From Chiloscyllium plagiosum (Eukaryota), in contig NC_057720.1 in NCBI RefSeq assembly GCF_004010195.1, positions 680,656 through 715,844 on the forward strand: a DNA stretch of 35,189 bases. Reading direction: 5' to 3'. This document shows positions 22,847 to 34,722 of the stretch, piece by piece. The position numbers and the translations under genes are program-made. Position 1 is the first letter of the stretch. The number at the start of each line of letters is the position of its first letter. Below the pieces are notes generated by a model, which was not told the origin of the DNA, did no database searches, and saw only the letters and a list, made by a program, of their open reading frames with translations.

Positions 22847-23153
22847 ATTAGCACTGCTGCCTCACAGCACCAGGGTCCCAGGTTCGATTCCAGCCTCAGG
22901 CGACTGTCAGTGGGGAGTTTGCACATTCTCCCTGTGTCTGCGTGGGTTTCCTCTGGGTGCTCTGGTTTCCTCCCACAGACCAAATTTGTGCAGGTCAGGT
23001 GAATTGGCCATGCTAAATTGCCTGTAGCGTTAGGTGCATTAGTCAGGGGTAAGTGGAGGGGAATGGGTCTGGGTGGGTTACTCTTCGGAGGGTTGGTGTG
23101 GACTTGTTGGGCCAAAGGGCCTGTTTGCACACTGTCGGGAATCTAATTTAATC
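22847..23153 (+). mobile_element. HE1-type V-SINE, near full length
   Basis: tRNA-like head with B box GGTTCGATTCC (22881-22891), V-domain and CR1-derived tail. Confidence 0.88.
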
Positions 23154-24399
23154 ACCAACCGATGTATGCTTTACCTGTTATGTTACTCGTGGGTGGAGCT
23201 TGGAAATGGTAATGGTTCAGAAAGAGTTAATGGGGAAGATGCACTGGTGACATTCATATTATCTCTGCCACTTGATAGTATAGTTTGGCTGAACTAGTTA
23301 ATGTTGATTGTACCAATTGCAATTATACAATACACTACACTTTCTTATGCAAGACAAGTGTTACTTCTTGTGAACACACTCTCATGATTTTTGGATAATT
23401 AGACGGGCTGTTAAATCCGACACAGAAAGCAGGATTTGTGAGGTACATCAGCACCCGTTATCTCTAATTCAGTTTTACAGGTTCCTGTTCTAGTTTACAA
23501 AGTTTCAGTTGTGTTTTTGTTGCTGTACCTCACCTGGGGCTGATTAACTTGATGAATGGTTTCTTTAAAAGAATACAAAGGAGGATTTGTTGCAGTGAGT
23601 AAGCCTCCAGAGGAGCCCAATGCTCCAACTTTTGAATGTTTCTCTGCATTCCCTGGGGTTGGGGCTGATCTGTACTTTAATCCCATTCACCCACCTCAGT
23701 GGCGTAAGCCTGAAGCCTGAGACAGCACCATCACAGATTAATTATTTTATCGTGACTCCCTCCACCTCCAGCCTCTCAGTATCTGGCGGAGCTGGAGGGA
23801 GGGGCAGGCTGCACATTTCCAAAACCCTTTGTGTGAGAAGCAATTGTGTGGCTCACCCAGACAGTGTGAAAATGTGGCATTCTCTCCCAAAAACGTAGGT
23901 CCTGTAGCTGAGTTAAAATGATAAAATCAGTGTTTGTTAACATCTTGACCAGATAGGGGGCAGTAAAGATGTAGAGCAATGGCAGGTGGGTTACAGATCA
24001 ACCACAGTCACATTCAATGGTGGAGCCAGTGAACGGGGCCGAATGGCCTCCTCCTAGCTCTTGGTAGGATATTTGTGAACAAGAGAATCAAAGCTTTGAA
24101 AGTGCTCACAAGTGATTCTCGATAAAGTTAATAAATCCAACATTTATTATTCCCAAGGCTGTCCTTTGATGTGAACATTATAAAACCTGATTTTAAGCAG
24201 CTCCAGGATTGTGATGATTCTGTCAAGGGGTGAATACGGCCAGGTTACAGGACAGGAAACGGATATGATAGGAACGGATTAAATCAGTTTCATCACTTAG
24301 AAACAAAGGAGGACATTCAGCCCCACAAGCCTATCCTAATTTTAAAGTCAAGCACAGACAGGTGTACACTTTAACTCCAGTCACATGCCTTAGCACCAG

Positions 24400-24790
24400 A
24401 ATCTAACAATCCCCAGAACCTACACCTTTCCCTGAGAGAGACAGTTCCAGATGCCCCCCCACTACCCCCCCATGTGGGTAGGTGGTTCCTGATCTCCCCC
24501 TGTAGGGCCTGGCTCAGATGGGAAGGTCCTGCCCCTTGTCCTGGACTCTCCCCCTCCTCTCTCCATCAACCCAATCAACTCCTTTTATCATCTGAGAGAC
24601 CTCCATGGGATCCCCCTTTAATCTTCGATACTCAGGGGATAACAATCCGGTCGATACAACCCAGCCTCGTCCTTTAACCCTTTCCTCCCCGGGATCATTC
24701 TGGTGAATCTGCTCTGTCCCCCCCAAGGCCAATCTCCCCTTCCTGAGGAGTGGGACGCAGACCTGAACCCGGTTCCTCCTGATGGGGCTC
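24400..24790 (-). mobile_element. Diverged CR1-like fragment; uninterrupted paralog of about 10985-11351
   Basis: 24494-24631 is nearly identical to 11214-11351; encodes YRRLKGDPMEVSQMIKGVDWVD. Confidence 0.7.
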
Positions 24791-24949
24791 AGGCCAGAGT
24801 TGGAGAGAAACTCAGAACTGCAGAGGGCAAAACTGGCAATCAGCCCACCATGCCTGCACTGGCTCTTCGGATGATTATGGTGACTTAGTGATCCAGGCTG
24901 GGTCAGGTTTGTCTCAGTGAATAATGAAGTGCAAAAGCTAAACATCTTT

Positions 24950-25215
24950 TTACTCACTCATGGGTCAAGGACATCACTGGCTGCGCCCAGCATTTATTGC
25001 TCGTCCCTAATTGCCTCTTGAGAAGGTGGGGGTAAGCTGCCTTCTTGAACCGCTACAGTCCATGTGCTGTATTTAGACCCACAATGCCCTGAGGGAGGGA
25101 ATTCAAATATTTTTACCCAGCGACAGTGAAGGAACTGCGATATATTTCCAAGTCAGGATTGGGAGTGGCTTGGAGGGGAACTTGAAGGTGGTGCCATTCC
25201 CACATATCTATGGTC
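24950..25215 (-). mobile_element. L2/CR1-group 3' tail, antisense
   Basis: Reverse complement of about 1450-1700; paralog of about 5015-5180. Confidence 0.7.
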
Positions 25216-25237
25216 CCTTTCCATCTTCTGAAGTATA

Positions 25238-25490
25238 GAGGGAGTGCCGCACTGTCGGACAGTCAGTGCTGAGGGAGTGCCGCACTGTCAGGGGATCGGT
25301 GCTGAGGGAGTGCTGCACTGTCAGAGGGTCAGTGCTGAGGGAGTGCTGCGCTATCGGAGGGTCAATGCTGAGGGAGTGCTGCACTGTCGGAGGGTCAGTG
25401 CTGAGGGAGTGCTGCACTGTTGGAGGGTCAGTACTGAGGGAGTGCTGCACTGTCGGAGGGTCAGTACCGAGAGAGTGCCGCACTGTCAGA
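25238..25490 (+). repeat. 33-bp minisatellite (GAGGGAGTGCTGCACTGTCGGAGGGTCAGTGCT) x ~7.5, followed by a Deu-SINE remnant
   Basis: Clear 33-bp periodicity; the same unit occurs antisense at 33950-34455. Confidence 0.93.
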
Positions 25491-25796
25491 TGCGCTGTCT
25501 TTCCTGTGTTGTTTCAGTACCACCACCACCCTTTCATCTGTCTGAGTGATATTGCAGATGCTCCTGTCAAGCAGGAGTGAATCTTTGGTCCTGAGTTACG
25601 ATCTGTCACACAGTTTGGCTGATCATTGTCGCAGAGATCTTGCTGTGTGTAAATTGATGTCACGTTCACTGCTTTTTAATATTGACTACACTTTAGCAAT
25701 AGACAATTGGGAAAGCTTGTGCTATTATATTATAGCAAGTCCTCTCTCAAAATGTACGAGATTTTTTCACATTGTACTGATTATTTCCTCCTGCAG

Positions 25797-26010
25797 GTGG
25801 ACAGTTCCCACGTGACTTCTCCATTTTAGTTACTCTGAAGCCCAAACGGAACACCCAGGCGTTCCTTCTCTCCATCTACAATGAGCAAGGTGTGCAGCAG
25901 CTGGGAGTGGAGGTCGGCAGGTCTCCTGTGTTTGTGTACGAGGATCAGAATGGTCGCCCAGCGCCAGAGGATTACCCAATTTTCACCACAACTAACCTTG
26001 CTGACAACAA
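25797..26010 (+). CDS. COL11A2: Type XI collagen alpha chain, exon 3 (TSPN domain)
   Basis: ttatttcctcctgcag acceptor, gtgagt donor; 214 bp, in frame with exon 2. Translation [71 protein letters not shown]. Not in the ORF track. Confidence 0.9.
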
Positions 26011-26601
26011 GTGAGTAAGTCGGGAGTGAGGCATCACTGCGCCTGGTTAAGGTCGGCCTAGCGTAGGGCTCTCACAGAGATGCAGGAACTACAGTTGTTT
26101 CTGGAGGAGCTGGGATTAGAGCAGGGAAGGTTCGGGGGATTTTATTGAGGTGTTCAGAATCATGAAGCGAGTTAGATCAAGTAAATCAGTGTCTCCAGTG
26201 CAGGAGTAACCAAAAAGACCCGCCAAGTCAGGGAGTGTGTGTGAGGAGTGAGAGTTCATGCGGCAGGTCGATGAGTTTCAAACTGAACTGAGGAGGAATA
26301 GCAACCAGAGATGGGGGGAAGGTGGACAAGGTCGCAGGGCTTGCGTTTACAAAGAACAGACAGTGGGAGTGGGTTTGGAGAGAGTGTGTCCCAGAGAGTT
26401 GGGAGAATGTGGAAGAGCCAGGATGGAAATTAATCCAGCAAAGTGATAAAACAAGGAATGAGAAAAACAAATCTCTGAACCAAGAGAAGGTAGAGCTTCT
26501 GATCGGAAAATATTCAACTCACCTTTGAGATTCCAGAGGGAGGGCTGAGATTCCGGAGGGAGGGCTGAGTCAGTCAGTGACATGTAGAATTCAGGTTGAA
26601 C

Positions 26602-27103
26602 TTAGAGTCGTAGAGATGTACAGCAGAGAAACAGACCCATTTGTCCAACCTGTCCATGCTAACCAGATATCCTAACCTAATCTAGTCCCATTTTCCAGCA
26701 CTTGGCCTATATCCCTCTAAACTCTTCCTATTCATATACCCATCCAGATGCCTCTTAAATGTTGCAATTGTACCAGCCTCCCCCACAAACTCTGGCAGCT
26801 CATTCCATACACGTACCACCCTCTGTGTGAAAATGTTGCCCCTTCGGTCTCTTTTATATCTTTCCCCTCTCACCCTAAACCTATGCCCTCTCGTTCTGGA
26901 CGCCCCCACTTCAGGGATAAGACCTTGTCTATTTAACCTATCCATGCCCCTCATGATCTTATAAACCTCTATAAGGTCACCCCTCAGCCTCCGACGCTCC
27001 AGAGAAAACAGCCTCAGCCTGTTCAGCCTCTCCCTGTAGCTCAAATCCTCCAACCCTGGCAACATCCTTGTAAATCTTCTCTGGACCCTTTTAAGTTTCA
27101 CAA
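26602..27103 (-). mobile_element. CR1 LINE 3' fragment
   Basis: VQRRFTRMLPGL...RRLRGDLIEVYKIMRG...FTQRVVRVWNELP. Confidence 0.9.
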
Positions 27104-27404
27104 CTATCGACTAATGTCATGAGATTTTAATTACATGCCAGTGAAATTATTAATTGTGTATTTCACATTATATAGATTTTCAAAACAATTTAAATAGTTT
27201 CCTTGAGGGTTGCTAAGCAGAGCCAGAAAAATGACAGCATATTCCTGCCCTCACATCCATTCAATCTAATATTGGTTTGCTGGGAAGAATGGCCAAGAGG
27301 GGGCTAATGGAAGCTCAGGATCACATTGGGCACTCAGTCTCTGTTTGGTCTTACCAGTGTAGAGAACAGCTCATTGTGAGTGTGAAAGGTAGATTGGATT
27401 GAAA

Positions 27405-29375
27405 GGTACAAAGAACAAAGAACATTACAGCATAGGGACAGACCCTCCGGCCCTCCAAGCCTGCACCAACCCAGATCCTTTATCTAAACCTGTCGCCTAT
27501 TTCCTAAGGATCTGTATCCCTCTGCTCCCTGCTCATTCATGTATCTGTCCAGATACATCTTCAACGATGCTATCATTCCCACCCCTACCACCTCCGATGG
27601 CAACGCATTCCAGGCCCCCACCACCCGCTGTATGAAAAACTTTCCACGTATATCTCCACTAAACCTTTCCCCTCTCTGTTTGAACTCATGACCCCTAGTA
27701 ATTGAGTCCCCACTCTGGGAAAAAGCTTCTTACTATCCACCCTGTAGGCCTCAATCAGGTTCCCCCTTCAACCTCTATCTTTCTAATGAAAACAATCCTA
27801 ACCTACTCAACCTCTCTTCATAGCTCGCACCTTCCATACCAGGCAACATCCTGGTGAACCTCCTCTGCACTCTCTCCAAAGCATCCACATCCTTTGGGAA
27901 TGTGGCAACCAGATCTGTACACAGTATTCCAAATGTGGTCAAACCAAAGTCCTATACAGCTGTAACATGACCTGCCAACCCTTGTACTCAAAACCCCGTC
28001 TGATGAAGGACAGCATGCTGTATGCCTTCTTGACCACTTTACTGACCTGCGTTGCCACCTTAAGGGTACAATGGACATGAACACCCAGATCTCTCTGTGC
28101 ATCAATTTTCCCCAGGACTTTTCCATTTACTGTATAGTTCGCTCTGGAATTGCATCTTCCAAAATGTATCACCTCACATTTGTCCGGATTGAACTCCATC
28201 AGCCATTTCTCTGGCCAGCTCTCCAACCTATCTATATTCTGCTGTACCCCTTCACTATCTGCTACTCCACCAATCTTAGTGTCATCTGCAAACTTACTAA
28301 TGAGGCAACCTACACCTTCCTCCAAATCAGTTATGTATATCACAAACAACAGTGGTCCCAGCATGGATCCCTGTGGGACACCACTGTTCACAGCTCTCCA
28401 TTTTGAGAAGTTTCCTTCCACTACGACTCTCTGTCTCCTGTTGCCCAGCCAGTTCTCTATCTATCCAGCTAGTACACCCTGGACTCCATGTGACTTCACT
28501 TTCTCCATCAGCTTACCATGGGGAACCTTACTAAAGACCATGGATATACCATTTACACACCTTCCCTCATTAATCATTTATGTCACCTCTTCAAAGAATT
28601 CTATTAAGTTGGTAAGACATGACCTTCCCTGGACAAGACCATGCTGCCTATCACTGATTACCCTATTTTCTTCCAAATGGGTACATATCCTATCCCTCAG
28701 TATCTTCTCCAGTCGCTTCCCTACCACTGACATCAGACTCACTGTTCTATAATTACCTGGATTATCCCTGCTACCCTTCTTAAACAAGGGGACAACATCA
28801 GCAATCCTCCAGTCCTCTGGGACCTCACCCATGTTCAATGATGCTGCAAAGATATCTGTTAAAGCCCCAGCTATTTCCTCTCCCCCTTCCCTCAGTAACC
28901 TGGGGTAGATCCCATCCGGTCCTGGGGACTTTGAGAATACCCAACCTTAATGCCTTTGAGAATACCCAACACTTCCTCCCTCCTTATGCTGACTTGACCT
29001 TGAGTAAGCAAAGATCTATCCCTAACCTCAACATCTGCCATGTCCCTCTCCTTGGTGAATACTCATTAAGAATCTCATCCATTTTCTCTGACTCCACACA
29101 TATCTTTCCTCCTTTGTCCTTGAGTGGGCCAACCCTTTCCCTCATTACCCTCTTGTTCCTTATATATGAATGAAAGGCTTTGGGGTTTTCATTAATCCTG
29201 CTCACTAAGGATATCTCATGACCCCTCTTTGTCCTCTTAATTCCTCATTTCGGATTGATCCTACATTCCCGATATTCTTCCAAAGCTTTGTCTGTTTTCA
29301 GTCGCCTCGACCTTATGTATGTTTCCTTTTTCCTCTGAGCTAGTCTCACAATTTTACCTGTCATCCATGGTTCCT
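27405..29375 (-). mobile_element. Degenerate CR1 LINE ORF2 (RT), about 2 kb
   Basis: VPEDWRIADVVPLFKKG...NYRTVSL, QHGLVQGRSCLTNL, SGVPQGSMLGPLLF and KFADDTKIGG, broken by frameshifts. Confidence 0.92.
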
Positions 29376-29479
29376 GAACCACTCTGATCTAGACTCTGGC
29401 TTCCAGCATCTGCAGTCCTTGGTTTTACCTAGACTCTGAGGCGATTGAGTTAACTCAGGCTGTATTGAATCAAGCTTAG

Positions 29480-29692
29480 GAGAGCCTGTGGAATTCACTC
29501 CCAACGAAAGCAGTGTCGGTGTTTTCAAGACGGAGGTAGATACAGCTATTGAGGCTAACGGGATCAGGGATATAGGGATGAGGCTGGCATCAGGATGTTG
29601 AGCTCAATGATCAGCCATGATCATATTGAATGATGGGCCAGGCTCGGGGGGGGCTGAATGGCCTACTCCTGCTGCTATTTTCTATGTTTCTT
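29480..29692 (+). mobile_element. CR1 3' tail ending about 60 nt before exon 4
   Basis: ctgtggaattcactccc...gatcagccatgatcatattgaat...gggctgaatggcctactcctgct. Confidence 0.75.
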
Positions 29693-29751
29693 GCTCATGG
29701 ATACCAAGGCGGTATGTGTGAAATGTTTCCATCAGATTGTGTGTTTTGCAG

Positions 29752-29914
29752 GTGGCATCGCGTGGCTATCAGTGTTCAGAAAAAGAATGTGACAATGATT
29801 GTAGACTGTAAAAAGAAAACTTCCCAACCACTCCCAAGGAGTAACAACCCCATCGTGGATACAAACGGAATCACGGTGTTTGGGACAAGGATCCTGGATG
29901 AGGAAGTCTATGAG
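29752..29914 (+). CDS. COL11A2: Type XI collagen alpha chain, exon 4 (TSPN domain)
   Basis: ttttgcag acceptor, gtaaca donor; 163 bp, in frame with exon 3. Translation [54 protein letters not shown]. Confidence 0.9.
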
Positions 29915-30840
29915 GTAACAGCTTTTAAAAATCATCAGCTTTAGAGCATTGTCTCTTCACAGCAAGTTTCATTTACAGCATCTTTAGTCAATTAAAACAT
30001 CCCAGAATGCTCCAACAGACCACTAAAGGCTCAAACTATGACCTGGGGTCACATGAGGTGATATTTAGGACAGGTGACCAAAATATTGGTTAAAGAGGGA
30101 GGTTATAGGAAACATCTTAAGGGAGGACTGAGTGATGAATCTCACTCTGCTCTGGGAGTACACTGGAAATCAAACCCTCCTGTTCCCAGACTCGTCACTA
30201 AGTGAAAGATTTTGAAATATACACAGAATTCCCATTTCCGAGGTTGAAGGAAAGCAGGGGCGGGATTCTGTAACTAACGAGAATGCTTGTTCATTACAAT
30301 AAATAGACACTAGCTACAGGTAAATTATCACAAACTGTTGGTGAAAACTCACTTCCTTTTACACAGATAAAGACAGACCCTGAAGGAAATATAAAGAACA
30401 GGTATTAACGGCGGGGGGAGATCTGGGAGGGTAGTTCAGTGGTCCCTGTCCATAGGGGTTGTTGAGATGTTCTTGAACTGATCAGAATTCTGCTTCTTGA
30501 TCTTCCTTCTCCAGATACTTTCACTGGTTTTCACAAGGAATGGAGTGACTGGTGCACATTGATAAAGATCTCTGACTTATTAGTGTTCCTGTGAGAGACT
30601 AAAAATTGCTCTGTTTTTCAGATTGACTAACTATCTGCCAAAAAAGAAGCTCATTAATTCTGTGTCTCACTTTCATTGGCCGAGCCTATTTGCAGAATTT
30701 CATTCATGTTTTTGTTAAAATTGGGAAAGAGAAAAAGCAGAAGGTTAGACAGGAAACTCTGACAAGTCATTGAGTTATTTTAAATCTGCTTGAAGAGGAG
30801 TGTTTGTCTAATCAGGTGTGTTGGGAAGGAGAGAGAGACA

Positions 30841-31062
30841 GATTGTATAGGGATCTGTAGGGCTGGAGTCTGGGATGGGTGATTGTATAGGGATCTGTAG
30901 GGCTGCTGGAGTCTGGGATGGGTGATTGTATAGGGATCTGTAGGGCTGGAGTCTGGGATGGGTAATTGTATAGGGATCTGTAGGGCTGGAGTCTGGGATG
31001 GGTGATTGTATAGGGATCTGTAGGGCTAGAGTCTGGGATGGGTGATTGTATAGGGATCTGTG
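30841..31062 (+). repeat. 40-bp minisatellite (GATTGTATAGGGATCTGTAGGGCTGGAGTCTGGGATGGGT) x ~5.5
   Basis: Near-perfect tandem units; one has a 3-bp insertion. Confidence 0.95.
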
Positions 31063-31562
31063 GATTCTGAAGATTTTATTAACATGTCAGAAAGAGAGCA
31101 ATTAGTTCAGTGACAGTGACACCACATTGCTTGTGTATCTGGAAGACTTCTGTACACGTTCACAGCTCCAGTCAAATCACATTGTTGGCTTATGACAGAC
31201 TCATAGAAACATCATAGCACTCCAGAGAGACCATTCTACCCTCTGTGTCTGTGCTGGATGAGTATAGAATAGAATGGAATGGAATAGCCTTTATTGTCAC
31301 AGTAAAAAGTTTGTAACGTTGCCTCTCGATGCCATCTCAGGTGCAGGGCACCCAGTTATGTTAAATGTTGTTATAGAGAAATAATAATAAAAAAAAACAT
31401 CATAGGAATCCCAAGTTTATATATCCAGAATGAGAATAAAAAATATTTTTAAAGTACTCAACTTATGGTCCTTTTCCTGTGTGTCTGTGTACATTGGGTT
31501 TCAGAATGCAAGCACACACTGCCTCCACACGCTGACATCTGTCCAGGACTCAACCCAAGGAT

Positions 31563-32030
31563 TCCCCACCCTAAACCTATGCCCTCTAGTTCTGGACTCC
31601 CCGACCCCAGGGAAAAGACTTTGTCTATTTATCCTATCCATGCCCCTCATAATTTTATAAACCTCTATAAGGTCACTCCTCAGCTTCCAATGCTCCAGGA
31701 GAAACAGCCCCAGCCTGTTCAGCCTCTCCCTATATCTCAAACCCACCAACCCTGGCAACATCCTTGTAAATCTTTCCTCAATGAAAATTCTCAAGTTCTG
31801 ATAGAGTTATAGTGTCATAGAGCACAGAAGCAGACCCTTCATTCCAACCAGTCCATGCCAAACATAATCCCAAACTAAACCCGTCCACCTGCCTGCAACT
31901 GCCCCATATCACTCCAAACCTTTCCATTTACGTAATTATCCAAATGCCTTTTAAACGTTGTAACTGTCCCCACACCCACCAATTCCTCAGGAAGATCATT
32001 CCACACACAAACCAGCCTCTGTGTAAAAAA
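31563..32030 (-). mobile_element. Two adjacent antisense CR1 3' fragments
   Basis: RFTRMLPGLVGLRYRERLNRLGLF remnant; the tail resembles 26602-26830. Confidence 0.8.
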
Positions 32031-33949
32031 TAATCCTCAACACGTTTCAATATCCTATATTTCTTGTGAATTCCCTTTGGTCCCTGTACCGGGACCTATT
32101 TTGGATTGATCTTGTGCTGAGACCCCTTGGCTTTTTGATTTTCTGATAGATCGCTTTGATGGAGTAAATCAGGAGGAAGTGTTTCTGGGGACAGGAGGGT
32201 GAGGGAGCAGAGGGAGACAGATTGCAGGGAATTGGGGAGAAACCCCTGAGGGGGAGGGGAGGGGATTGTTTTACACAGTGAGTTGTTGGGATCTGGAAGG
32301 TGCTGCCTGAAAGGGCGGTGGGAGCAGATTCAATCAGAACTTTCACACCGGGAATCGGGAAACACAAAGAGGGAAACTCATAAATAATATTCAGGAATAT
32401 GGGGGAAAGAGAAGGGGATAAGGAATCTAACTGGATCACTCTCTCAGAGAGTTGGCAAAGGGAAGGTATCTAAAACCTGCAGTCAGATTCACTAATTCTA
32501 GCTGGGATTTTAATTCCCATAATTTGGATTAGTCTAGACCACTGATTGCTAGTGCCATAACAGAACCTGTGTGCAACTGTACTGAGTGAATTGTACATTT
32601 AAAAATATCATGTTCTATTTTGACATCCTTGTGCTAGGACACTGTTATTTCTTGGGGCGTTGATGGATGGTTGGAGTTTCTCACCGATCTTGGCATTGTC
32701 CTGATTTTATTCTGCATTTTCAGTCCGAGTTGTACCAAGGGGAAATGGGCCTGGTGCCCAGTGAATAGTGATCTCTGCCAAAAACACTGGGAAATACATT
32801 ACCCGAGCGTTTCCACTCTGTTAGATTTGATCCTCAAAGCAACCTCCCTCTCCCTTCGCCAAGCAACTCAATGTCCTGGGGAGTCACTGGCAGCGTTTAA
32901 CAGTCAGATGGAATGTGTGTGTATAGATCAACACAACACAGAGAAGGTGGGGGGGTTAGTACGTGGAGTTAATAAACAGATCAACCAGAATGGAATTAGA
33001 GAGTGGGGTTGTTTTGAGGGGCTAAATGGCCTCATCCTATCCCTATATTCAGAGTGAGTGATTGTCCATGGCTGATTATTCTGAATGAGTCAGACTGACC
33101 AAGCTCACGATAGCATCGAAAACTCCTTACCTGAGTCATGTTGATCTGTTGATGGGAGCTGGGAGTCAGTATCTGAGACCAGGAGAAGGTGCTGCCCTGA
33201 GCTGCTTTTTGAAACATTAGGATCAGTCTGTGTTTCTCCTGTTCAGCCCAGGCTGTCCCAGTGTTGGACCTCAATCTGCCAAACGCTCTGGGAAACCTCA
33301 GCTGACATCACGGAGTTGGAATGGGTCTGCAGTGATAGTGAGAGCTGCTGGCTGCTGGGAGTGTGGAATTGAAGCAGCAGATGAGAGATTGGCAAGCTGC
33401 CCTGGGCCAAGCCTTGGTGGGCTAGCAGCAGGGGGGAGGAGGGGGGGAACAGCAGTAACAGCAGCAGCTGGGAGAGCAATAATCACAGGCTGGGAAAAGA
33501 AACACTGCCTTTTGGCAGTGAATAAAAAGGTGGCCTCCTGTTAGACAGCTGCCAAACTGTGATCTGAGTATTTATACAGATTTACACCGAATGGAAACTG
33601 TCTCCAGAGAGACACTTGGTAGCTAAGGAAAGACTTGCATTTCAGTGGCGCCTGTCACCACCTCAGCTTACTCCCAAAACATTTTGGAACCAATCGCATG
33701 GCTTTCTGAAGGGTAGATACTGATGATATATAAAACACAGAAGTCAGGAGGTGGACAGTAAGATTCCACAAACAATAAGCAGATAACCAGCAGATTGACA
33801 CATCCTATGGTAGTAACTGAAGGATAAATATTGACCAGCACACGCCCCCTGCGCAACCCCCGCGCACACACACAAACACACTCAACATGGCTCATTAAAT
33901 CACTGTCTGCATTAAACTGACAAGGCAAACCTCAGCTGGAACACAGCAC

Positions 33950-34455
33950 CTCCGACATTGCAGCACTCCCTCAGTTCTGACCCTCCGACAGTGCAGCACT
34001 CCCTCAGTTCTGACCCTCCGACAGTGCGGCACTCCCTCAGTACTGACCCACCGACAGTGCGGCACTCCCTCAGTACCGACCCTCCGACAGTGTGGTGCTC
34101 TCTCAGTACTGACCCTCCCTCAGTACCGACCCTCTGACAGTGCGGCACTCCCTCAGCACTGACCCTCTGACAGTGCGGCACTCCCTCAGCACTGACCCTC
34201 TCTCAGCACTGACCCTCCAACAGTGCAGCACTCCCTCAGTAATGACTCTCTGACAGTGCAGCACTCCCTCAGTACCGACCCTCTGACAGTGCGGCACTCC
34301 CTCAGCATTGACCCTCTGACAGTGCGGCATTCCCTCAGCACTGACCCTCCGACAGTGCGGCATTCCCTCAGCACTGACCCTCCGACAGTGCCCTCCCACA
34401 GCACCCACTCCCTCAGCACTGACTCTCCCACAGCACCCACTCCCTCAGTACTGAC
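33950..34455 (-). repeat. 33-bp minisatellite array (antisense to the 25238 array) attached to a Deu-SINE remnant (about 33630-33950)
   Basis: Repeated CAGTGCGGCACTCCCTCAGCACTGACCCTCCGA with some truncated units. Confidence 0.92.
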
Positions 34456-34722
34456 TGAGGAATGTTCCTGTTGGGGGCTAGCACTGTGAGGCGTGGGCCG
34501 AATAGCCTTCTTGGAGTTGCTCGCTGCCTCAGCTCCCACGTGCTCATCTCTCGCGTCCTGTGCCAGACATTTCAGACGGAGAGGCAGGCGGTTGTGACAG
34601 AGCAGCACCGAATGCTGTGTTTGCATCTCTGCACAGTTCCTGGGTTTACCTCCTCCCCTGTTCCTCTAGAAACTTATCGTGGTGAACCTGATGTCAGCGT
34701 CTCCCTCTGTGCTGTCAGCATC

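Noticed and set aside
22847..22895. tRNA gene suggested by the GGTTCGATTCC B box
   Set aside because: It is the tRNA-derived head of a SINE, followed by the V-domain; there is no complete cloverleaf.
25238..25490. Regularly spaced 33-bp repeats resembling a CRISPR array (also 33950-34455)
   Set aside because: The units are contiguous with no unique spacers, there are no cas genes, and the context is vertebrate; this is a minisatellite.
30130..30700. Possible solo LTR
   Set aside because: Clear TG...CA ends and a TSD could not be defined.
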